Counted from the whole stretch's first letter, positions 37,602 through 51,296 are shown. The stretch: DNA of 62,965 bases, filler included, from Octopus bimaculoides (GCF_001194135.2; 5 parts of 5 records of this genome joined end to end with filler, not necessarily neighbours in it), one strand, 5' to 3'. Program-made: numbers and translations. The notes: generated by a model not told the origin, from the letters alone.

Positions 37602-38988
37602 TAATAATGATAATCGTTTGAATATTCACTGTATGCTGTTGGGATCGACGCTTCAAAACATTTAATTGCGATTTTCTTGAATAATCTCAAGCTAAATAGC
37701 TTGAAACATCAACATGATTAAATATATTCTAAGGAGAAAAATAGTATCAATAATAATAATATTAAGAGGTTTTCTTCTTCCGATATTCATTTCCCAAATA
37801 GCATATATTAACAGGACGAGAGAACAACAATAGAGCTTGTACAATAAAGCAGATCAAAGCAAAATTAAGTGGATGGTGCATGGCCATGGTTTTTAATATC
37901 ACTCCCTGGATATTGAGATGATATAAAAATATATATTAACGATTGAGGTAGTTTTAATACCGAGGGATAATATATATACCCACATAAACGTGGATGTTTC
38001 ATTAAAACAAACTTTTCTGCTGTGAGAGAAATCCTTATATTGGCATTTTGGTGCAAAAGGCACTCTTCTTTATATTGCTAGTAGTGAAATAGTTTCCTAC
38101 TACCTCCAGTGCCGAGACCACCAGTTCTCCTGGTTTCGACCTTGTTTGGTCTTGTCAATGATGGATAAACGACCACGAGACAACAGTGATTCTTCTCCCA
38201 GCCAGCGATATATAGATTGACTGTGTTAGAAAAGGCACTGCTGTTGCGATTAGCCAGTTACGTTTTAAAAAATCTATATTGGCGACCAAAGCATTATCAA
38301 TATGGAGAAATAATATTTATCCTCATTTAATCTCGGATGCTCTATTAGAACGGCCTTACAACGGTAGCTACCATGAGAGAAACTCTTGTATTGGCTTTCT
38401 GCGGCAAAATGCGCACTTCTTTATATCGCTGGCGGAGAGATAACACACTGCGGCCTCAAGCAGGATGATATAACTAATTCAAGCCTAAATATCTCGCAGA
38501 AAATGTGAAATAGTGGTTACACTTCTGTAACAAAACCAAATGCAACTCAAGGCTCCCAGTCACAATGCTGTTAGTGCTTTATCGGACAAAGTGTTAAACC
38601 GATAGCTCTTGTAATATTAGAAACTATATAGCGTTCTGTAGTATTGTTTACCATTCAGTAAATATCTGGTGTAAAGTATGATAATGTGAATATCGCAGAA
38701 CCAAAATATTGACTCACAGAATGAGTTTAGATCAGCCATCGTCAAGCTAACCAGGAACAAAACATCAATTAGTAACATGACAGTAATCGCATTTTAAATT
38801 AGGGTCAATATTCTCCAATATAGTCTTAGGTATTTTCAGAGCAGAACGTGAGAATAGAGAGAGGGATGTGGTTGTTAATGATAACAAGCCGAATATTGTA
38901 ATAATCCCTTGTATAGTCAAAGTGCAGGCCGGCATAAATAACGGTGTAAAATGTATTTGAAAATGGAAGAAGCCTTAGAAATTTCCTT

Positions 38989-39162
38989 GCACATCTTTAT
39001 GGGCAAGATGTCTCAGATTTACCTAAACAGAGGCATTAGAGGGTAACATATTTAGTATATCTTAACCTTTGGAAAGCACATCTTTATGGGCGATATGTTT
39101 CATATTTGCCTAAACAGAAACATTAGAGAATAACATATTTCGTATATTTTAACTTTGAAAAG
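38989..39162. repeat. 87-bp tandem duplication (2 diverged copies)
   Basis: gcacatctttatgggc..cctaaacag..taacatattt..aaag begins at 38989 and 39076. Confidence 0.85.
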
Positions 39163-39229
39163 CCTCAGAGGCAGGTAACATTCGTTGCTCCAGCGCACAG
39201 TGTCTACATCAATATTTCTATAAACGCAG

Positions 39230-39291
39230 GAGCGATGGGATTCTCGCTCAAAGCAGACGATGATCTGAATCGTTCCAAAACGGGAACTTTG
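39230..39291 (+). CDS. Candidate orphan 62-nt exon (AMGFSLKADDDLNRSKTGTL)
   Basis: Acceptor tttctataaacgcAG and strong donor G|GTAAGT; exactly one open frame; non-repeat context. Product not recognised. Confidence 0.3.
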
Positions 39292-40744
39292 GTAAGTCCC
39301 TCCACCACATTCCAATTATTGATGTGCGTGCTGTTGGAATCACTTTAAAGTGGGCAGTTAACTCAGTGAACATCAAAGACAAGATTCGCTATGATTAGTC
39401 ATTGGCAAGACACCGAATGATAAACAATGGCAATAACAAGTCTTAAAATTTTCGACGAGTTGAACGTTATACCGTAGAGATAATTATGTGTCATAAATTG
39501 CCAGTAATAAATTGTATACAGAACCGTGATAACCATGTTAAATACGTTATAATGAACATAGTTTTCGTATTGATTGTCGGATAAATAATATATTGGGATT
39601 TTAATCATCCACGGTTGAATTACATTGCAATGCATACATAAATCCATACATATATATACTCAAACACACAAAAACACACACACAAACTCATATATATATA
39701 TATATATATATATGTATAGGTACAAATGTATACATTTATATATATATACATATACATACATACACACACACACACGCATACACACATAACTATCTATCTA
39801 TCTATATAGACATATATATGTACATGTATGTATGTATGTATGTATGTATGTATATATATATATATATATATATANNNNNNNNNNNNNNNNNNNNNNNNNN
39901 NNNNNNNNNNNNNNNNNNNNNNNNNNNNNNNNNNNNNNNNNNNNNNNNNNNNNNNNNNNNNNNNNNNNNNNNNNNNNNNNNNNNNNNNNNNNNNNNNNNN
40001 NNNNNNNNNNNNNNNNNNNNNNNNNNNNNNNNNNNNNNNNNNNNNNNNNNNNNNNNNNNNNNNNNNNNNNNNNNNNNNNNNNNNNNNNNNNNNNNNNNNN
40101 NNNNNNNNNNNNNNNNNNNNNNNNNNNNNNNNNNNNNNNNNNNNNNNNNNNNNNNNNNNNNNNNNNNNNNNNNNNNNNNNNNNNNNNNNNNNNNNNNNNN
40201 NNNNNNNNNNNNNNNNNNNNNNNNNNNNNNNNNNNNNNNNNNNNNNNNNNNNNNNNNNNNNNNNNNNNNNNNNNNNNNNNNNNNNNNNNNNNNNNNNNNN
40301 NNNNNNNNNNNNNNNNNNNNNNNNNNNNNNNNNNNNNNNNNNNNNNNNNNNNNNNNNNNNNNNNNNNNNNNNNNNNNTTATATATATATACATATGTATG
40401 TGCGTACGTATGTGTGTATGTTTATATGTGTCTATATATGTGTATGTACATATGTATATCTGTATATATGATGTCAATAGGTCAGTCGATTGATCATGCT
40501 ACAAGCAGAGTGTTATTCTCTAGCATAAGCATATCTTGTATATAAAATAATGATGACCAGATAATTCATTAATAGAATAATTTTTACTTATTACATATAA
40601 TGCAGTTTCTTCTATGAATAAATTACACGGAAAATTTCGTCGATTGTTTCTATAAAACTGCATGCATGTATGTGTGCATATAAATATATTCATGCGTGCA
40701 TGTATTCGTGCGTGTGTTTATGGAGAACTTTCCGGTCTAGAGAT

Positions 40745-41380
40745 TCCTACACCATTATCCTCCTCTACTCTACATTTGCCCGACCCCACCATGAATACTG
40801 TTGCTCACTGTGTTCCCCCACCCATACGAAACACTCTTTATTGAAGTAGAAGTAGTCCAGAGGTCAATAACAAGAAAGAGAGACGGCATGAGAGGCATTG
40901 ATTATTTGGGTCGACTAAAAAAACTCAATCTCTTACTTTCTTCAAATTCGCCCGGAGCGCTACATCATTTGTGTTATGTGGAATATATTCCATCAGTATT
41001 TGACAAATGATGCTGGCATCAATATTAAAATCCATCCATGACTTGGCCCCCATGCTATCCGCCCATAACAAAAATCGAACTCGGTACTCATAGCGACATT
41101 ACGTCACAATTCCTTTACCTCAACCGGTTCAGCCTTACTTAATACCATAAAAATACGCCAAAATGGGAATGGATCCCATAAAATTGAAATGCTTACTGGG
41201 GAAAGTTCTTCAAAAAATCCTGTACCACCCTCCTGCTCAGGGATATGTCTCAAAAAATAATGCCCCTTTGTTAGAGTTGTCTATGGTTCCCCATGTATGG
41301 CTAAAAGACTTCACCAGATGGTGCTATTGATTTAGACATCGGCTGGGACTATAGTGGCCGAAACCTATCAAAGTTATCAA
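40745..41380 (+). mobile_element. CR1/L2-like LINE 3' remnant
   Basis: Frameshifted EVVQRSITRK..GIDYLGRLKKLNL..RPERYIICVMW..HNSFTSTG, typical of CR1-group ORF2 C-termini. Confidence 0.7.
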
Positions 41381-41414
<34 letters not shown>

Positions 41415-42494
41415 NNNNNNNNNNNNNNNNNNNNNNNNNNNNNNNNNNNNNNNNNNNNNNNNNNNNNNNNNNNNNNNNNNNNNNNNNNNNNNNNNNNNNN
41501 NNNNNNNNNNNNNNNNNNNNNNNNNNNNNNNNNNNNNNNNNNNNNNNNNNNNNNNNNNNNNNNNNNNNNNNNNNNNNNNNNNNNNNNNNNNNNNNNNNNN
41601 NNNNNNNNNNNNNNNNNNNNNNNNNNNNNNNNNNNNNNNNNNNNNNNNNNNNNNNNNNNNNNNNNNNNNNNNNNNNNNNNNNNNNNNNNNNNNNNNNNNN
41701 NNNNNNNNNNNNNNNNNNNNNNNNNNNNNNNNNNNNNNNNNNNNNNNNNNNNNNNNNNNNNNNNNNNNNNNNNNNNNNNNNNNNNNNNNNNNNNNNNNNN
41801 NNNNNNNNNNNNNNNNNNNNNNNNNNNNNNNNNNNNNNNNNNNNNNNNNNNNNNNNNNNNNNNNNNNNNNNNNNNNNNNNNNNNNNNNNNNNNNNNNNNN
41901 NNNNNNNNNNNNNNNNNNNNNNNNNNNNNNNNNNNNNNNNNNNNNNNNNNNNNNNNNNNNNNNNNNNNNNNNNNNNNNNNNNNNNNNNNNNNNNNNNNNN
42001 NNNNNNNNNNNNNNNNNNNNNNNNNNNNNNNNNNNNNNNNNNNNNNNNNNNNNNNNNNNNNNNNNNNNNNNNNNNNNNNNNNNNNNNNNNNNNNNNNNNN
42101 NNNNNNNNNNNNNNNNNNNNNNNNNNNNNNNNNNNNNNNNNNNNNNNNNNNNNNNNNNNNNNNNNNNNNNNNNNNNNNNNNNNNNNNNNNNNNNNNNNNN
42201 NNNNNNNNNNNNNNNNNNNNNNNNNNNNNNNNNNNNNNNNNNNNNNNNNNNNNNNNNNNNNNNNNNNNNNNNNNNNNNNNNNNNNNNNNNNNNNNNNNNN
42301 NNNNNNNNNNNNNNNNNNNNNNNNNNNNATATATATACATTCACATATACACATGTGTGCATGTATAGGCCTTACATAAAATTTAACACAGAAAATCAAC
42401 CAAACGCCGGACTCCCGTATACACACACCCACACACACACACACACACGCACACACACACACACACATATATAAAAATATATATATACTCTTTT

Positions 42495-42710
42495 ACCCTT
42501 ACACATTTACCTGTTTCAGTCATCGTGGCCATGCTGGAGCACCACCTTTAGTCGAGCAAATCGACCCCAGGACTTATTCTTTGGGAACCTAGTACTTATT
42601 TTATCGGTCACTTATGACGAACCGCTAAGTTATGGGGACATAAACACAACAGCATCGGTTGTCTAGCGATGTTGGCGGACAAACAGACACACAAACATAC
42701 ACACACACAC
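42495..42710 (-). mobile_element. SINE family A tail
   Basis: cctgtttcagtcat..ctttagtcgagcaaatcgaccccaggacttattc. Confidence 0.85.
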
Positions 42711-43364
42711 AAACTCACACACACATATATATTAATCTCTGTGTGTGTGTGTGTGTGTGTTTCCAAGAATATATACGCATCCGTTTGATTACTTTTGTTA
42801 GGTTATAGCTGGGTAACAATGGATTCCTTGTTATCTAGTAGATTTCTTTAACTGTGATATCCATATATTATCATATTTATGAATTATTTATTCGCTGCAG
42901 GATTTCAAATGCCATGCGTTTGAAATTACATACATGTCACTGTATGCTGACGCAGATACTTAGATCGTATGTGAGAGAAAATAGAATACAAAAATGACTA
43001 AATATGTTGAGTAAAAGAGGATATGTGAAATTTTAATATATGTTTCACTGATAGACAGACATATAGGATATAAGTAAAGAATGAGACCTGCATTGGTAAG
43101 AATATATTTTCGTATGCATAGGTGTATTAATATAGTTACTTATATGCCAATTTGCTTACATATGAAAATGTTGGTTAGGAATTTTGGTTTTGTAAGTGAG
43201 GGTGAGACCACATGTCCAGATGTATAAATTCGTCTTACCTCGATTTCACTGAACACGGTTCTCGAGTAATACACATTATGTATAAGTATGTATGTATGTA
43301 TGTATGTATGCATGTATGTATGTATATATCCATATACATATATATACATACATACACGCACACG

Positions 43365-43425
<61 letters not shown>

Positions 43426-43904
43426 NNNNNNNNNNNNNNNNNNNNNNNNNNNNNNNNNNNNNNNNNNNNTTAATTAATTAANNNNNNNNNNNNNNNNNNN
43501 NNNNNNNNNNNNNNNNNNNNNNNNNGGGGGGACATAGAAAGGGTTGGGAATTAAGGATTACAAAAAAAAAAAGTAAATAAAAATATTAAAAAATAAAAAA
43601 AAAAGACAAGGGGTGAGTAGAAAAGACATGGAGGAAAGAGGATGTGAAAGGATTCTGGATTTTATAGGGAAAGATGCCAAACTAATACCATACAACATAA
43701 CTCTTGCCATACCCCACTGGTTTTACATGCTATAACTGATCCAAACCATAGCACAATCCTAACCCTTTTAAGGCTCTTACTGCCATCACCACCACCATCC
43801 CCGCTACTGCTATTAGCAGCAGTATCAGAAAGCCACACTTCCCTCTAACAGTCAGCTCATCACCATGTGACTGTCTGTCTGTTACTGAAGAAATCCATTA
43901 ACTA

Positions 43905-44268
43905 ACTAGGCACAGGCATGGAAGTGTAGTTCACATGTTTGCTTAGCAAACATGTGGTTTCAGGTTCAGTCCCAGTAGATGGTAGCACCTGGGGGATCCT
44001 ATGGCAAGCATCTTCTATAGCCGAAGCAACAGGCCGACTAATGCCTTGTGAGTGAATCTGATGGATGGAAACCATGTGGAACCTGTCATGCTTGCATGTG
44101 TGTGTGTGTGTGTGTGTTTACATGTGTATGTATAACTATGTTGGTCACCCCACCATCTCCACTATGACTTGACGACCAGAGTTGGTTTGTTTACATCCCT
44201 GTAACTTTTCTTTTAGCAGTTTGACAAAAGAAACAGATACAATAACAATAAGTAGCAGACTTAAAACA

Positions 44269-44302
<34 letters not shown>

Positions 44303-44385
44303 TAGTGTTGATTTGTTTGGCTAAACTTTTCAAGGTGGTGCTCCAGCATGACTACATTTCAATCACTGAAACAAGTTAAAGACAG
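43905..44385 (+). mobile_element. Diverged SINE family A
   Basis: ggtttcaggttcagtccc..ccttgtgagtgaatctg..ggtgctccagcatg..ctgaaacaag. Confidence 0.65.
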
Positions 44386-44749
44386 CAAGAAAAGGAAATA
44401 ACACCAGCACTACTATTACTACTACTACCACCACCACCACGGCCTCCACATCTTTACCCCCTCCCCCACCATTTTCCACCACCACCACCATTCACCCATC
44501 ACAGCCATGAAGATGATTCCATCTTTATGACAAGCCATCTCACCAGACCGTTACTATTATCAACATTATGACTACGGTTAACATTTCCTGAAAACAACCA
44601 AAAACCGAAACTACTGCCAAGATATATTTTTAAGATAAACCTCATACCACCACCACCACCACTGTTGCTGCTGCTGCCACAAACAAGAATCACACCCCTT
44701 AAGATAACAATTTTGCCAAATAAAAGACTGCTTCTTTAGAGTACTAACA

Positions 44750-44915
44750 AACTAGCACTTATATTGGTTTCAAATTTTGGCACAAGGTCAGTAATTTTGG
44801 AGGAGAAGGGATTAAATCGATTACATCGACCCCTGTCCTCAACTGGTACTTATTTTACTGACCTTGAAAGGATGAAAGGCAAAGTTGACCTTGGCAGAAT
44901 TTGAACTCAGAATGT
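44750..44915 (-). mobile_element. SINE family D
   Basis: ggcacaagg..tcgattacatcgacccc..gaaaggatgaaaggcaaagttgaccttggcagaatttgaactc. Confidence 0.8.
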
Positions 44916-44993
44916 AAGTACTCTATCTCTCCCCCTAACGCCAGCTTTACCAAACTGAAACAACTAGAACCAACACACCAGCCCAACTACAAT

Positions 44994-45208
44994 TTAACCC
45001 TTTGGCATTTAAACCTGCCATATCCAACCCAAATATTCTAATTGTTTTATGCTGAAGCTAGCCAGAACCAGCCTCTCATACCTACCCTACAATGTTAATC
45101 TATAAGTAAACAGACATCTTCAAAATCTCCAGCTTACAAGATAATTTTTAAAACTGTGAATGAATAAAACTCACATTTGACAGGGTAATCTGAATATAAA
45201 AGAGTTAA
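44994..45208. mobile_element. TTAA-flanked MITE (piggyBac-like), family T1
   Basis: TTAA-ccctttggcattt...aaaagag-TTAA; sister copy at 45723-45949. Confidence 0.7.
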
Positions 45209-45313
45209 TACTACTACTGCAGCTATCACTAACAATATGCCATATTTGGAGTAAAAGACACAAGAGCCCATTACATGCATCCCAAATTTTAGGTGTGACT
45301 ATTCAGAAAAGAA

Positions 45314-45718
45314 AGGCGTGGCTGTGTGGTAAGTAGCTTGCTTACCAACCACATGGTTCTGGGTTCAGTCCCACTGCGTGGCACCTTGGGCAAGTGTCTT
45401 CTACTATAGCCTCGGGCTGACCAAAGCCTTATGAATGGATTTGGTAGACGGAAACTGAAAGAAGCCCGCCGTATATATATATATATATATGTATGTGTGC
45501 ATGTGTATATGTTTGTGTATCTGTGTTTGTCCCGCCAGAATCGCTTGACAACCGATGGTGGTGTGTTTACGTCCCCGTAACTTAACGGTTCGGCAAAAGA
45601 GACCGATAGAATAAGTACTAGGCTTCCAAAGAATAAGTCCTGGGGTTGATTTGCTCAACTAAAGGTGGTGCTCCAGCATGGCCACAGTCAAAATGACTGA
45701 AACAAGTAAAAGAGAGAG
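45314..45718 (+). mobile_element. Full-length SINE family A
   Basis: Complete head, (TA/TG) microsatellite and tail. Confidence 0.93.
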
Positions 45719-45722
45719 TTCA

Positions 45723-45949
45723 TTAGCCCTTTAATATTTACCAACCATCTGACCCCAATATTTGTACCTGTTTTATGTTCAAGCCAGCATGATATGGCCT
45801 CTCACACCTATCTTATAATGTCATTCTAAAACTAAGGAATCATATCAATGCAATCTCAAAACTACAAGATAATGCATGACTAATTCAAAACAATGTGAAT
45901 AAATAAGCATAAATAATTTGGCAGAGTAATCTGAATGCTGAAAGGTTAA
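45723..45949. mobile_element. TTAA-flanked MITE, family T1
   Basis: ttagcccttt...ctgaatgctgaaaggTTAA; homologous to 44994-45208. Confidence 0.65.
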
Positions 45950-46612
45950 ACTGATCTAAACAAAATTCTTCCATCAAAATATTTATGTTAATTTATGTTG
46001 TAAACACAACCCCAATAATGACAAATTTTTTTTCACTAAATTCTTCATTAATTTCAAAATTAATTGAAATGAAGCCAGAGTATTTCAACAGAAATGTTAA
46101 CAAAAAGCATAAGTGGTCTCAAGTAAAGTAAAAACCTTCCACCGAAATTTTATATGTTCCAAGCATCAGCTTAATAATGACAAAAGTTATTTAACAAGAT
46201 TCTTCATTATTTTCAAAATTAATTGAAACAAAGGCGGTGTTTTCAACAGAAATATGGTAGCAAAAGTCTTAACATGATCTAAATTAAAACCTTATGTCAA
46301 AATTTCATGTAAATTTATCTTTTCAAAAACCAGCTTGATAATGACAAAATTATTTCACTAAATTCCATTATTTTCGAAATTAATTGAAACAAAGGCAGTA
46401 TTTTCACTTTAACCCTTTTGCTACTTATCATATTTTTGTTGAAAACACTGTTTTTGCTTCGGTTATTTTGAAAATAATGACGAATTTAGTAATATAATTG
46501 TGTCATAAACAAAATTTTGATGGAAGATTTTAATTTAGATCATGTCTAAAAAGGAAGCTTGTATCCTAGAACCAGGGGCAGTTTCTGGTGGATTGGCATC
46601 GAAAAGGATGAA
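45950..46612. mobile_element. Cluster of TTAA-MITE family T2 copies (reverse partial copies plus a forward copy at 46409-46612)
   Basis: Recurrent ttttcaaaattaattgaaacaaaggcagt and catatttctgttgaaa, homologous to 51471-51701. Confidence 0.7.
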
Positions 46613-47319
46613 ATCACAACTGCTGCTACTAATTAACGAGTCATCATGAAGACTGGCAACATAACGAACTGCACTTCTATGTCACAATCACAATCACTAC
46701 TGGTATCACAAATACCATATCCACAAGACTATAGCACCACCATAACAACTTCCAATGATATTATTAAATCCAAAATCTTTATAATCATGACCACCACAAA
46801 GAAATGTCTTTAATACACCTCTCCACCATCACTAACATCCTTAACATGTTTTCCCCAACAATAACCACTATTGCTGTAGTATTGGAGATGTGCTAACTCC
46901 AGTACACCACATCAAAGCTATGAACATCTTCCCTCTTCAAGATGTGAGCCATCAAATGCTTGAAAACACACAATTCGCACTAATGACCGACTAGACTAAC
47001 CACGACCACTATGACTACCACACCACCACAACCACTACTACAGAAACTACTACCACTCCTCCTCCTCCTACTAGAATGCCATTGATTTCCACAAGAGCCC
47101 TCTACAGCCCACATTATTATAACCACTGGTTGCTAAACTTTTGCAAACGAATGTCTTGAAATCATCACCACCACAAAATTTCCCATATCAGTACTATAAT
47201 CCTCAAGTCCATCATTATTGTCACCACACACCATTATTCATCTCCTCTTCTACATCATCATCATCACCTTTATTCATACCATGATTTTTTTTTCTCTCTC
47301 TCTCATTGTTAAAGGTACA

Positions 47320-47480
47320 AGTGTAGTCATGTGGCTAAGAAGTTTACTTCCCAACCACATGGTTTCAGGCTCAGTTCCACTGTATGGTACCTTGGATAAG
47401 CGTATTCTACTATTAGCCCTGAGCTGACCAAAAACTTGCGAGTGGATTTGGGATATGGAAACTGAGAAGAAGCCTGTCAT
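47320..47480 (+). mobile_element. SINE family A head (diverged)
   Basis: cccaaccacatggtttcaggctcagttccact..gagtggatttgg..gaagcctgtc. Confidence 0.75.
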
Positions 47481-47749
47481 ATATGTATATGTGAGTCCTT
47501 ATATAGATTTCATGTGATGTTTGTAAATGAACTTCTTTATCATGCCAGCAAGGTTGTTTTTTCCAAGGAAAATGCTTAGTTTCTAAGAAAATATTACCTC
47601 GTTTGGAAATCAGTGAGGATTGGTAACAAGAAGAGCATGTGACCATAGAATACCTGCCTTAAATTCTGTCTGACCCATGCTAGCATGAAAATGTGAACAT
47701 TAAATGATTACTATTATTATATTATTATTATTATTATTATTATCATTAT

Positions 47750-48180
47750 TGAGTGAAAGAGCAATACATGCGATCAAAGCGACAGTGGGGTATAGATATA
47801 CAAAACCCAGTATACCCATCATAACTACCCGTCTGATAAGGGTACACCAGGCACATGCATCACAACCCTATGGGTGTGATGTGATCTCATATCAAGATAA
47901 ACAGGGCAAGACTTTGCAGGTAGGTCCCAGTTATTTCCTTTCAATACATGGCTACGACGCTCTCTGACTATGTCTGCTCATGATCAGAGAAGCGCATATC
48001 ATCAACCACCAAGGGACATACTCAACTGGTTATGGTCAAGTTATTGACAAGTAAATCTGTGGGATTGAGCAGAATGTTTTCTGTAGTCCATCTTTTATAC
48101 CAAGACAAAACATGTACATGATAACACTTCCAATCAGTTAAGATGAAAAGCCATGAGAGTCACTGCCTGGTACTACATCA
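47750..48180. repeat. Interspersed repeat family E, longer copy
   Basis: Shares about 200 bp in reverse with 19025-19222. Confidence 0.7.
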
Positions 48181-48199
48181 GGACATTTATTATCATTAT

Positions 48200-49190
48200 T
48201 ATTATTATTATAGAAGAATAGTTAGCATTTTGGACGAGATACTTAGCAGTATTTCTTCTGGTTCATTACGTTCTGAGTATAAACCTTGCCTAGGTCAATT
48301 CTGAGTTACATCTTTTTCTTTTTTTTTGAGGTTGATAAAACATAGTAGCAATCATTTATTGGGGTTGATGGTATCAACTACTCTTCCTTGAATCTCAGGC
48401 CTTACACCAAAATTTAAAACTTATAATAATAATAATTATTATTATTATTAAGTTGGCAAGCTGGTTGAATCCTTAGCATACCAGACAAAATGTCTAGTGG
48501 TATTTTCTCGGGTGTTAAATGCAGAGCTCAAATCCTGCTGAGGTTGACTTTGCTTTTCATCCTTTTGGAGCGATAAATTAAGTACCAGTCAAATACTGGG
48601 GTCGATATAATCGACTAGCCCCCTCCCCCACAATTTCAGGCCTTGTGTCTATAGTAGGGAGGATTATTATTATTACTATTATTATTATCATCATTATTAT
48701 TATTACTATTATTATTATCATTATTATTATTATTATTATTTGCTGGCAAAATGCTTAGTGATATTTCATCTAGTGCTATGTTCTGAGTTAAATTCCATCA
48801 AGGTCAACTTTGCCTTTCATTCTTTCGGGGTCGATAAATTAAGTACCAGTCAAGTACTGGGGTTGACGTAATCGACTACCCGCTACCCGCAAATTCCAGG
48901 CCTTGTGCCTATAGTAGAAAGAATTATTATCATTATGACAAAGGTGATGAGCTGGCAGAATAATTAACACGCCAGGCAAAATGCTTAGCAGCATTTTGTC
49001 TGTTTTCACGCTGTGAGTTCAAATTCTGCCGAGGTCATCTTTGCATTTCATCCTTTCAGGGTCGATAAAATGTGTGCCAGTTGAGGACTGGGGTCGATGT
49101 GATCAACTTAGCCCCTTTCTCAAACACTGGGGTCGATGTAATCAACTAGTTGCCTCCCCAAAAATTTCAGGCCTTGTGCCTTTTGTATAA
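48200..49190 (+). mobile_element. Four head-to-tail SINE family D copies separated by (ATT)n
   Basis: aggtcaactttgcctttcatcctttcggggtcgataaattaagtaccagt..ccttgtgcc recurs at about 48290 (partial), 48540, 48800 and 49030. Confidence 0.85.
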
Positions 49191-49999
49191 AGGATTATTA
49201 TTATTATCATTACCACCACCATCATTATTAAGCAGTGTGGTGGTGGTGGTGGTGGTGGTGGTGGTAACAGGCAGACTGGTTACAGCAATAGCATGGAAGG
49301 AGACAGGGTAGGTGCTATAAGGGGAGAGAGAGGGGTTACTTGCTGAAGGCTTTCCTGTGCTCTTCTTAAAAGGGTGATGGGGTGGGGGAGCGAGGGGGTT
49401 CACCCCACCCCCACCCTATCCCCACATCACCTCCCCACCTTTTATATACTACAGTACACAACACTTTCCATCATCTTCACTATCGCTACCACCATCACCA
49501 CTACCACAACTACTATTACTACTACTACTACTACTACCACCACTGCCACCACCATTAGAAGATGGATGGTTGGATGGTTGGATGGATGCTGGAATGGTGC
49601 AGTGACTGGATGAATGGATAAGTTGGATGAGTCATCATAGCAGAAATAGTTAGTGTTTGTTTGTTTGTTGTTGTTGTTGTTCTTGTTGTTGTCAGCAGAA
49701 ACTGATGTGATGGAATGAGTGAATGAATGGGAAGTGGAGCTGTGGTGTAGCAAACTGACTTTATATAAAATGAAGAAAAGAGGAAAGAAAGAAAGAGAGT
49801 AGGGGCAAAAGAAGAAAGAAAGACTGAAATAGAAAGGAAAAACAAATTAGTTGGAGAGAGAGGAAGAGAGTATGAGAAACTGAAAGAAAGAAATGGGGAA
49901 ATGGTGAGAGAAAAATGGAAGAGGAAGGAGAAGACAAGGGAGGGAAAAAGAAAAGGAGGAGACAAAGAGAGGAAGAGAGAAGTAATTGTTACCATAAAC

Positions 50000-50256
50000 C
50001 TGTGGTTCTCAATTGGGGTCCATATGACCCTTAGGGATCTATACAAGAATTTTTTTTTGTTAAAATTTATCTGCAATAAACTGGTTATGCTTCTACAATA
50101 CACAAAATAGTTTAACAATTTTTTATACAATTCCTAATAATATTTAATTATAAAAATATAATGGGAGTTTTTAAAATATCAAATGGCTATGAGGTTCCAG
50201 CCTATTAAAATGGGAATCAAAAGGGTCCATAGAGAAAAAGTGGTTGAAGAACACTA
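50000..50256. mobile_element. hAT MITE family H2 (uninterrupted copy)
   Basis: ctgtggttctcaa...ttgaagaacacta; 8-bp TSD ccataaac/ccataaaa. Confidence 0.75.
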
Positions 50257-50272
50257 CCATAAAAAAAGCGCA

Positions 50273-50885
50273 GGAGTGGCTGTGTGGTAAGTAGCTTGCT
50301 TACCAACCACATGGTTCTGGGTTCAGTCCCACTGCGTGGCACCTTGGGCAAGTGTCTTCTACTATAGCTTCGGGCTGACCAAAGCCTTGTGAGTGGATTT
50401 GGTAGACGGAAACTGAAAGAAGCCCGTCGTATATATGTATATATATATATATATATATATAATACAAAGAATATATATGCATGTATACACACATATATGT
50501 ACATACTTACATCTACATGTGTATATAGATGCATATCAGGGTACAGGACGTTAGAACAATGAACTACAGACAACGGAACGAACACATAGGAAAACAGAAA
50601 GCCACTTGGAATATTCCTTCATCAGCTGCCTCTATTCTAACCCGACGTGTGTGTGTGTTCCCCCCCCCCCNNNNNNNNNNNNNNNNNNNNNNNNNNNNNN
50701 NNNNNNNNNNNNNNNNNNNNNNNNNNNNTTTACGTCCCCGTAACTTAGCGTTTCAGCAAAAGAAACCGATAGAATAAGTACTAGGCTTCCAAAAGAATAA
50801 GCCCTGGGGTCGATTTGCTCGACTAAAGGCGATGCTCCAGCATGGCCGCAGTCAAATGACTGAAACAAGTAAAGGAGTAAAGAGA
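50273..50885 (+). mobile_element. SINE family A carrying a ~200-bp insertion
   Basis: Head 50273-50440, tail 50749-50885; the insert 50455-50648 matches 62773-62965 in reverse. Confidence 0.85.
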
Positions 50886-51296
50886 GTAAAGAGTGTCTTG
50901 AGTAAGGATAAGAGTGTGAGAATGAGTTTGATTTTGTGAACGTGAGAGTGTTTTCAGTGAGGGTGATCATGTGAGAGAATGAGTGTGAGTAGAAGGGTAT
51001 CTTGAGTGAGGATTGACCTGTGAGATTAAGTGTGTATGTGAGAATATCTTGAGTAAAGATGAATATGTGATAAGGTAAGGGTGAAAATGTGCAAGAATGA
51101 GTGAGTTTATAAGGATGAACATATGAGAGTAGGTGCGAGTGAAAAGAGACAAATCAATAGTTGTATTTGCCTGTTTTTATCGAAACATGACTGGCTCACT
51201 CCAGTGAGTAATGAAGAACTAATTAAAATTTAAACAAAATTCGGTTAAGAGAAATAAACCAGAGTGGTCAGTGGTATTTATCTGAACAACACAGAC

